Positions 26,800-33,228 of a stretch of 33,228 nt of DNA are shown here, in pieces (the first letter of the stretch is position 1; every line of letters begins with the position of its first letter). A program made the position numbers and the translations under genes. The stretch is from a virus. Lineage: Duplodnaviria; Caudoviricetes. The notes beneath the pieces were generated by a model, which was given only the letters and a program-made list of their open reading frames with translations, did no database searches and was not told the origin of the DNA. Where the stretch lies: the IMG/VR virus record IMGVR_UViG_3300027782_000224, positions 1 through 33,228 of that record. One strand, 5' to 3'.

Positions 26800-26966
26800 C
26801 CTTCATAGACCAACTCACCACGAAGTTCTGCAAGTTTTGCCTGAGCAAATGCTTCAACACAAGTCCAATAGGTTTCACCACTCACAAGGTTACCATCAGT
26901 AAAATGAGCAGCAGTATCTTCTTGCAGTCCTTTCAGTTCATCCAGTTGGTCACGATCAATTTGCAT
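26796..26966 (-). CDS. Small hypothetical protein (56 aa; not in the ORF track)
   Basis: MQIDRDQLDELKGLQEDTAAHFTDGNLVSGETYWTCVEAFAQAKLAELRGELVYEG*, directly downstream of a sigma70 promoter. Confidence 0.8.
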   Translation of the reverse strand: MQIDRDQLDELKGLQEDTAAHFTDGNLVSGETYWTCVEAFAQAKLAELRGELVYEG

Positions 26967-26993
26967 TTGATTACAGGGGTTGCTTACCTGTTC

Positions 26994-27048
26994 ATTCTAG
27001 CATCAGGGGCAGCAGTTTTCAAGTTTGGTGGACAGTTCCTGAACTGTC
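26994..27048 (-). promoter_or_regulatory. Sigma70-type early promoter with an upstream palindrome, embedded in the 3' end of a CDS
   Basis: TTGAAA (27017-27022)-17 nt-TAGAAT (26994-26999) with TGn; GACAGTTC-CT-GAACTGTC at 27031-27048. Confidence 0.72.
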
Positions 27049-27662
27049 TGCTTGAGGGTATTGATTTGCTCTTGTTGTTCTTTGATTGCTTCTACAAGAA
27101 CTGCAGTAAGGTTCTGATAATGAAGGACTTTAATTCCTTCTGTATTTTCTTGAACTAAATCTGGTATTACTTGTTCTACTTCCTGAGCAATCATTCCAAT
27201 TTGATGAACTTCATAATCAGTTCTATCATACTCTACACCCCTCAGTTGCAAAACTTTGTCCAATGAATTTTCAAGTGGTTTTATATTAGTTTTTAATTTA
27301 ATATCAGATGTTGTTTGTATTGGTAATCCATGATACTTCCAAACCCCAGATAAATTACCATTTATAGAAGATAAACCAAAACTTGGTGCTGCACTATTAT
27401 GGGCTGGTTCTGCATTTGCTTGTCCACCAAGACCAGTTTTAAATCCAAACAAATGTTCTAATCCTGAAATAACATGAGCACCAATTCCATTATGAAGTCC
27501 TATTTGATTTGTGATTGCAAGGTGATTATTAATACCAAAAGTTTGTAAACTAAATGGAACTGTTGGGTCCATAGAAGGCCAAAGGTCCACACCAGCAATA
27601 GGAGGAGCACCTGCTAATCCTACTTGAATAGATTCTGTTTGTATAGTATTAATGTGTGCCAT
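27003..27662 (-). CDS. Short His-rich beta protein with a C-terminal Peptidase_S74 intramolecular chaperone (219 aa)
   Basis: TSDIKLKTNI...L.GV.Y...GMIAQEVEQVIPDLV...Y..L.AVLVEAIKEQ followed by a coiled coil. Confidence 0.88.
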   Translation of the reverse strand: MAHINTIQTESIQVGLAGAPPIAGVDLWPSMDPTVPFSLQTFGINNHLAITNQIGLHNGIGAHVISGLEHLFGFKTGLGGQANAEPAHNSAAPSFGLSSINGNLSGVWKYHGLPIQTTSDIKLKTNIKPLENSLDKVLQLRGVEYDRTDYEVHQIGMIAQEVEQVIPDLVQENTEGIKVLHYQNLTAVLVEAIKEQQEQINTLKQTVQELSTKLENCCP

Positions 27663-27665
27663 AGT

Positions 27666-28214
27666 TTAAAAATAATCTGGAAATAAATTTTGAAGTAAAA
27701 TATCCGTAAAATCAGATAGACTTGTAGGAATCAATTTTGTTTGTGGTTCACTAATGTTAACACTACTACCTCTAATATTGAGACTTCCCCTACTATGAAT
27801 TGCCATTCTGGTTCTTGCACCAATAGCAACAACAGATCCATCAATTCTTGCAGTATCACCTGCTTCCATTTTTAAGTTTCCATTAGATCTAATTACAAAA
27901 TCTTGGTCACTTCCAGTGGATTCAAATCTAATAGATCTGGCAGATAAAGTTATTTCTCCTCCTCCAGCATCTAATCTAATGTTATTTGCCTTAATTCCTA
28001 AACCTTCTTTACACTGACTGATGATATTATCTTTATGTTTTCCTGTAGATTGACCTTGGATTTCAAATCCACCATCCTCATATAACTTTATACAAGCATT
28101 TGAGGTTGCATGAAGTTCTATTTGTCTTTTTCTTGCTACATTATCATCTGTTCCAATAAAAATTGTACCAGCACCAGCATCATTTAATACATATCCAGTT
28201 TTTGGTTCAGGCAT
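27666..28214 (-). CDS. gp5 C-terminal-like beta-repeat (spike) protein, 182 aa
   Basis: Probable start is the ATG at 28212-28214 (MPEPKTG), overlapping the gp5 stop. Short beta-strand periodicity (NIRLDA..EITLSA..LKMEAG..ARIDG..LNIRG). Confidence 0.65.
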   Translation of the reverse strand: MPEPKTGYVLNDAGAGTIFIGTDDNVARKRQIELHATSNACIKLYEDGGFEIQGQSTGKHKDNIISQCKEGLGIKANNIRLDAGGGEITLSARSIRFESTGSDQDFVIRSNGNLKMEAGDTARIDGSVVAIGARTRMAIHSRGSLNIRGSSVNISEPQTKLIPTSLSDFTDILLQNLFPDYF

Positions 28215-30222
28215 GATCTTCAGCACAAAGTACTACTTTATTAATCTTATTCATATTAGTTTCTACAGAAACTGGTTCAACAGGTTTAAAGTTTAGGATT
28301 GGTTGGAGAATTGCACCTTCACCATCTTCAGTATTTATTGATAGTTCTGGAAACACTTTAATTGCAGAACCTGGATTGATAATCTTAGTCCCAATAATTC
28401 TCCCATCTAGATCTACAGTAGGATAAATCTCAACATCACTATTGCAAGCAATATCAGTAATCAAATCAGTAGATGCATACCCAACACCAGTATTGAGAAT
28501 ATTAATACCAACAATATATCCAATAACCTCAGAACCACTTTCATCAACTGGATTTGTAGTACAAGGAGTAGTAATTGAACTTGGACCAAGATATCCAGAA
28601 CCTGAAGATTCTATGGTTATTGAAGTAACTTGTCCATCAGTAACAGTAGTAGTTGCCACAGCACCAGTTCCATTGCCACAAGGATCTTCAATAGAAACAT
28701 ATGGAGGAGATGCGTATCCAGTTCCAGAATTTTGAATATTAATTCCCATCAACTGACCTAGTGCATCAACAACTGCTAATCCAGTTGCACCAGAACCTCC
28801 ACCACCAAAGAATTGAATAGTAGGCAATCCACAATCTAAATTAATTGCATCACAATAACCATAGGTAGCAGATAAGTATGAGTAAGGAACATCAGAACTT
28901 CCTGCACCAGTAATACCAAGCCACTGTTCTGCTGCCTTTTTACCTTCATCAATTGCTGTACTTGGATAGTTAAGTGTTTTTTGAAACCCATCTATTGTTT
29001 CTTGTGGAATGTATCCCTTATTCATTTGATAATCTAATGCTTCTTTACATTCAGAACCTTCACAACTTAAGAATGAAAGTGCCTGATTTGCATAACTTAT
29101 TGCCAAAGAAGTATAGTTAGCAATTTGTCCTAATACTGGACTTAAGTTAGATGAAATCTCTTCAAGTACTGGAGCAAGTGCATTACTAACTTCATTAGTA
29201 ATTGTAGACATAATACTTCCTACAAATGCTTCTGCTGCACAAATAGGTATACTTGAAACTGCACCAACTAATTGGGTAAGGAAATTAAAAACAAATTCTC
29301 CAAGTTTTTGTTTAATTTTGTCAAATACACACCAAATACTATCTACAATTTTATCAGTAGCAAGTTGTTGAAATAGTTTAAAATCTTTAGGAAGAAGTTT
29401 ATCTATTGCAGTCTTTAACCATTTATAAATTTTTCCAATAATTTTATCTCTCCAGAATTTCATATATTCACTAAACAAATCCGATATTGCTATAGCAACT
29501 TTTTGCACCAATCCAGGAATATCTTGAATTGTATTTAAAACTGGATCAATAAATTCATTTTGTACTTGCTGTACAGTTCTTAAAACTTTAATAAAATCTC
29601 TTAATGCTTTTATTATTTTTGAGTATGTACTTTTTGAACTTTTACAAGTTGGTGGTACTGATAGCACAAAACATGCTTCATGTTTGCCACTACCAACTGC
29701 TGTTGCTTGTTTTCCTACAGTATCTTCTCCTTCTACTTTCCCTGAAGAATCTGGAATGCCACTGCTACTTTTTGATGGTTTTCCAGTTTTTGAATTTTTA
29801 TTATTTGGATTTTTTATTGAATCTTTTTTTGCTTTGAATGGTTTAAACCCATCAGTACCTTTATTAAATCCATTAGGATGTTCAATTTTATAACCAGAAA
29901 ATAGTCCTCCAATAATCACAGGTTGTTGTCCATTATCACCATCCATAAAGAAACCAACAACAGTTTCTCCACCTCTACTATTAAAACTTGCTCCAGTTCC
30001 TCCTTCTCCACATCCAAATTGAAGGGGAACTAATACATGAGCCCAAGGCAATTCATTATCAGTAATTACACTTGCAGCATCAGGATGATACCCTATAATT
30101 CTAACTTTGGCTTTGTATCCATCATCATCAAACCATTTATATTGAGTACATAAACCAATAAACCATCTAAAAGATTCCTTACCTAAAAAGTTAGGACTAA
30201 TTAGGGACTGTTCAAGCATCAT
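28207..30222 (-). CDS. gp5: T4 gp5-like baseplate hub subunit: N-terminal OB fold, no recognisable lysozyme domain
   Basis: FRWFIG...KVRIIGYHP...LPWAHV...GETVVGFFMDGDNGQQPVIIG matches the Gp5_OB signature. A long helical region and GSGY-type beta repeats follow. Confidence 0.85.
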   Translation of the reverse strand: MMLEQSLISPNFLGKESFRWFIGLCTQYKWFDDDGYKAKVRIIGYHPDAASVITDNELPWAHVLVPLQFGCGEGGTGASFNSRGGETVVGFFMDGDNGQQPVIIGGLFSGYKIEHPNGFNKGTDGFKPFKAKKDSIKNPNNKNSKTGKPSKSSSGIPDSSGKVEGEDTVGKQATAVGSGKHEACFVLSVPPTCKSSKSTYSKIIKALRDFIKVLRTVQQVQNEFIDPVLNTIQDIPGLVQKVAIAISDLFSEYMKFWRDKIIGKIYKWLKTAIDKLLPKDFKLFQQLATDKIVDSIWCVFDKIKQKLGEFVFNFLTQLVGAVSSIPICAAEAFVGSIMSTITNEVSNALAPVLEEISSNLSPVLGQIANYTSLAISYANQALSFLSCEGSECKEALDYQMNKGYIPQETIDGFQKTLNYPSTAIDEGKKAAEQWLGITGAGSSDVPYSYLSATYGYCDAINLDCGLPTIQFFGGGGSGATGLAVVDALGQLMGINIQNSGTGYASPPYVSIEDPCGNGTGAVATTTVTDGQVTSITIESSGSGYLGPSSITTPCTTNPVDESGSEVIGYIVGINILNTGVGYASTDLITDIACNSDVEIYPTVDLDGRIIGTKIINPGSAIKVFPELSINTEDGEGAILQPILNFKPVEPVSVETNMNKINKVVLCAEDHA

Positions 30223-30431
30223 ACGTCATATACCCTACATTCTGGAGCATTTGGATTTGAATCACAAAATAATTCCAAAGTATTTGGATCATGGTCATCC
30301 TCTGGATGATTGTTATGATATCTTTCAAGGGAATCCAATTCATCTTCTATATGTCTACGTCTTTGAGATGATATCATCGGATTATTTAGTTCATCTTGCA
30401 CTCTTTTTATGTGTCCATTAATAGTATTCAT
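30219..30431 (-). CDS. cp12: CP12 Calvin-cycle regulator (auxiliary metabolic gene), 70 aa
   Basis: C-terminal LELFCDSNPNAPECRVYD (Cys-x8-Cys) is the CP12 signature. Confidence 0.92.
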   Translation of the reverse strand: MNTINGHIKRVQDELNNPMISSQRRRHIEDELDSLERYHNNHPEDDHDPNTLELFCDSNPNAPECRVYDV

Positions 30432-31807
30432 TGTGGTGGTTCTCCATAAGAATCTTTAATTAATTTAAGTGCTGTCCATCCTTTATGTTGCCCCTGTTCA
30501 AATAAATGAGACAATTCTTTAATTAAATAATGCCCAGATTTTTGCCCATCTTTTGTTCCTTTTTTGCCAGATTCTTTAGTAATATATCCAAAGTTTAATT
30601 CAATTAAATTACCAACAGTCAATTTTAAATTTAGTGGTACAGTTATATTTAAGCTCTGAGAAAATGCTAAATTATATCTTGCAACTGATTGTGCCTGATA
30701 ATATAAAGTATTGTCCTTAGAACCATTTGGTGCTGCTGGAGGATTTGGTGAGTCATTTGCTGGGTCTGCATTAAAGTTATCCAAAATCCTAACCATTAAT
30801 CTTGAAGGATGATCCTTTGAATCCAATCCCAAAGGAATTTGTGGAGGCGTATTTGATTTAGAGGCATGAGACATTAAAGGATAACTTTCTTTTAATGTAT
30901 AATTATAAACATTAAATTTTCTTGCATTAATATCAAAGAAATAATTTTTACTGGAATACATACCAATTCTCAGATTTTCCATGATGTTTACATTCTTTTC
31001 AAAAACTGGCATACTACTTATTCTAAAGTTAGAATCAATACTTGCTGGTGATGGTGCTTGTTCTGTATAAAAATATGTAGCAATACCAACTTTATTTGTA
31101 GTATTTAATTTAAATCCACTAAACAAAGAATCTACACTTCTAAAATTAAATCCATTTTTGTTTTGATAAAAAAGAAATCCAGCAGTTCCTTTTTCTGGAG
31201 TTGATTTAGAAAGTGAATTTTTGGGAATTGCTTTTGGACATAACCAAGTCAATACTGTAAAAGGTCTTTTAATATTACCATAAAATACATAATTATTTGC
31301 AGTGTCTTCTATATTTTCTTTCTTTAAATTAGCATTATCTTTATTTTCATATAATACTTTCTTCAATATATCATATGCAGTTTGTCCAATAGTATTTTTA
31401 TATTTACCTATAACTCTTGAAGTTTCATTCATAAAAACTTCAGCAGGACATAAATCTATAGTGAATACTTCTTTAGTAGATTGTGTTGTTGAACCATGAA
31501 CTTTGTAAATGTAATAAGTATTTTTTGTCTCATCTAAAGTTATAGTTTCTTTTGTTGCTGGGTGTTCTATTACTAAACTTACTCTTTCCCCACCTCTAAT
31601 ACCTTCTCTACCTTGTTCTTTATTTGGTAATGAATTTAAAATACCACTACTATCAACAAGAGTCATAGTAATAAAAATAGAAGGAGAAAATAAATCTTCA
31701 AAATATTGGATAGAAGATATACAGTTAATTAAATCAAAAGGATCTCCACCACCAAGAGGTTCTACAAGAAATTTTGTTATTTTATAATTAAAATATGACT
31801 CTGACAT
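30428..31807 (-). CDS. Baseplate hub/tail protein, gp27-like by position and pattern (459 aa)
   Basis: I.YFEDLFSP...FLFYQNKNGFNFRSVD...ITVP...L.VG..I...SG.YLIKELSH pattern; lies upstream of gp5. Confidence 0.7.
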   Translation of the reverse strand: MSESYFNYKITKFLVEPLGGGDPFDLINCISSIQYFEDLFSPSIFITMTLVDSSGILNSLPNKEQGREGIRGGERVSLVIEHPATKETITLDETKNTYYIYKVHGSTTQSTKEVFTIDLCPAEVFMNETSRVIGKYKNTIGQTAYDILKKVLYENKDNANLKKENIEDTANNYVFYGNIKRPFTVLTWLCPKAIPKNSLSKSTPEKGTAGFLFYQNKNGFNFRSVDSLFSGFKLNTTNKVGIATYFYTEQAPSPASIDSNFRISSMPVFEKNVNIMENLRIGMYSSKNYFFDINARKFNVYNYTLKESYPLMSHASKSNTPPQIPLGLDSKDHPSRLMVRILDNFNADPANDSPNPPAAPNGSKDNTLYYQAQSVARYNLAFSQSLNITVPLNLKLTVGNLIELNFGYITKESGKKGTKDGQKSGHYLIKELSHLFEQGQHKGWTALKLIKDSYGEPPQ

Positions 31808-31809
31808 TA

Positions 31810-33228
31810 TTATACGGTATTAAGGAGAACTCTCTTATAAAAACTATTTAACAGGTCTTGCTCTGATGGTCCTGATAACATCATCATTTCTCCCCCTCCA
31901 CCTTGCATCATTTGTGGTTGTTGATTTTGAACTGGGAATGGAACAACTTGACCTCCTGTATATGCACTTGGAGAATACCTTGTATATTGATTGATAGATG
32001 GAACTCCAGTCAATAAAGACTTAACTTCTGTATAATTTAAGTATTTTGTTTGTTCCCTATCTTCAACAAATCCAACATGAACATGAGGAGCATTATTGGC
32101 TACTCCACTTTTTCCAATAAAATCTCCAGCATTTATTTTAATATTAGATTTATTTTTTAAATTAGCAGCAAGTTCATATAAATGTGTAGCATAAAAATAA
32201 TTTACTTGCTTTCCAGCGTACATAAATGGTTTATCTAATTTAATTCTAACACTATGCTGATCTTGCTTACCTGGCATAAGTGGATTTGCATCTTGTCCCA
32301 TCTGCCTCACATGACCTTTTTCTGCATATTCCAATGTACCACTAATTGGAGAAACTACATTTGATCCAACTGGAGTAGATATGTCCAACCCAGTATCAGC
32401 AGCATATCCACCTGTATTTCTTGCTATATTTTGAGATGGAACTGGATTAACTATTCCAGTTGGTGATGGAGATACTGGACCATTTCCCCCTGGAGTAATT
32501 GGAAGAATTGGTGATGGGGGAGGTGTTTGGTTGTATACTAATGCAAATAATTTAAACTTATTAATAGTTTTTTCATACTTATCCAAACTCTTGGAGAATG
32601 GTTTTAATCCACCACCTTCAGAATTCTTCTTATTAGCACCAGTAATCATATCTGCAAGACCACCACCAAGAAAACTTCCAATTATATTTCCAACTACAAA
32701 TCCAACTCCAGGAATAGGAATAAGTGCTTGACCTATTACACCACCAAGCAATCCTCCAACAAGTGCTGCCCCTGCTCCAACTCCTGCTTGTAGATTAGTT
32801 TGTCCACTTTCTTTTCTATCTTGAAAATCAAGTCCAGCAAAAGCAATATCTAAAATTGGAGCAAATCTACCAACACTTTTAAGTAATCCTCCTGCCACTT
32901 TCTCTGTTCCTTTTGCTGCTGCTTTTCCTGCTGTTCTTTCTACTACTCTTTCTCCAACTCCTTCTACTGTTCTTGTAAGGTTTCTATATTCTTTTGCAGT
33001 TTTTACAGAATACCCACCACCTCTCACTAATGCTCTTTGTGCTGCCTCTTCTGCGCTCAATCCTGCTTTTCTATACCTATCAAAATTCTTTAGGGCAGCC
33101 TCTTCACCTTTGGTAAGATTTTTACTTTTAGAAAGTTTCTTAATTAAATCTTCATATCCTTTTCCAACTCCAACAGATTTTAATGCACTCTTTGCTCCAA
33201 ACTTTAAAAGTTTAGGACCAAATATTAT
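31810..33228 (-). CDS. 5'-truncated tail-associated protein with a Gly-rich hydrophobic hairpin and an M23 peptidase domain
   Basis: The frame is open to the window edge, so the TTG start at 33060 is unlikely. Motifs: GLDISTPVGSNVVSPISG...YATHL...GDFIGKSG....PHVHVG. Confidence 0.82.
   Translation of the reverse strand: MIFGPKLLKFGAKSALKSVGVGKGYEDLIKKLSKSKNLTKGEEAALKNFDRYRKAGLSAEEAAQRALVRGGGYSVKTAKEYRNLTRTVEGVGERVVERTAGKAAAKGTEKVAGGLLKSVGRFAPILDIAFAGLDFQDRKESGQTNLQAGVGAGAALVGGLLGGVIGQALIPIPGVGFVVGNIIGSFLGGGLADMITGANKKNSEGGGLKPFSKSLDKYEKTINKFKLFALVYNQTPPPSPILPITPGGNGPVSPSPTGIVNPVPSQNIARNTGGYAADTGLDISTPVGSNVVSPISGTLEYAEKGHVRQMGQDANPLMPGKQDQHSVRIKLDKPFMYAGKQVNYFYATHLYELAANLKNKSNIKINAGDFIGKSGVANNAPHVHVGFVEDREQTKYLNYTEVKSLLTGVPSINQYTRYSPSAYTGGQVVPFPVQNQQPQMMQGGGGEMMMLSGPSEQDLLNSFYKRVLLNTV

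Noticed and set aside
26496-27158. Plus-strand ORFs 26496..26720 and 26904..27158
   Set aside because: Antisense to the tRNA, HNH, 56-aa and S74 genes, with no supporting signals.
33058-33060. TTG start for the 416-aa ORF
   Set aside because: The frame stays open to 33228, so the true start is probably outside the window.

Overview
AT-rich, almost entirely minus-strand late/structural region of a T4-like cyanomyovirus (Kyanoviridae-like). The assignment rests on T4-type late promoters (TATAAATA), a gp5-type baseplate hub and a cp12 gene. In transcription order (right to left) the window holds: a 5'-truncated tail protein with an M23 peptidase domain, a gp27-like hub candidate, cp12 coupled on both sides by ATGA overlaps, gp5 (OB fold, no lysozyme) and two short spike-like genes, the last with a Peptidase_S74 chaperone. 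Next comes a small sigma70-driven island (56-aa ORF, structured leader, short-arm tRNA-Leu(UAA)) and an HNH endonuclease whose late promoter lies in a hairpin. One plus-strand gene follows, then about 25 kb of fibre/appendage genes. That block contains a duplicated three-gene module (beta-helix-like protein, small ~120-aa protein, collagen fibre). One collagen gene, absent from the ORF track (<1..5984, >=1994 aa), has a block of about 293 in-register Gly-X-Y triplets. An identical 22-nt leader lies between the late promoter and ATG of two fibre genes. Most short ORFs in the track are shadow frames of the collagen repeats. All family calls are from motif recognition by eye, without database searches.
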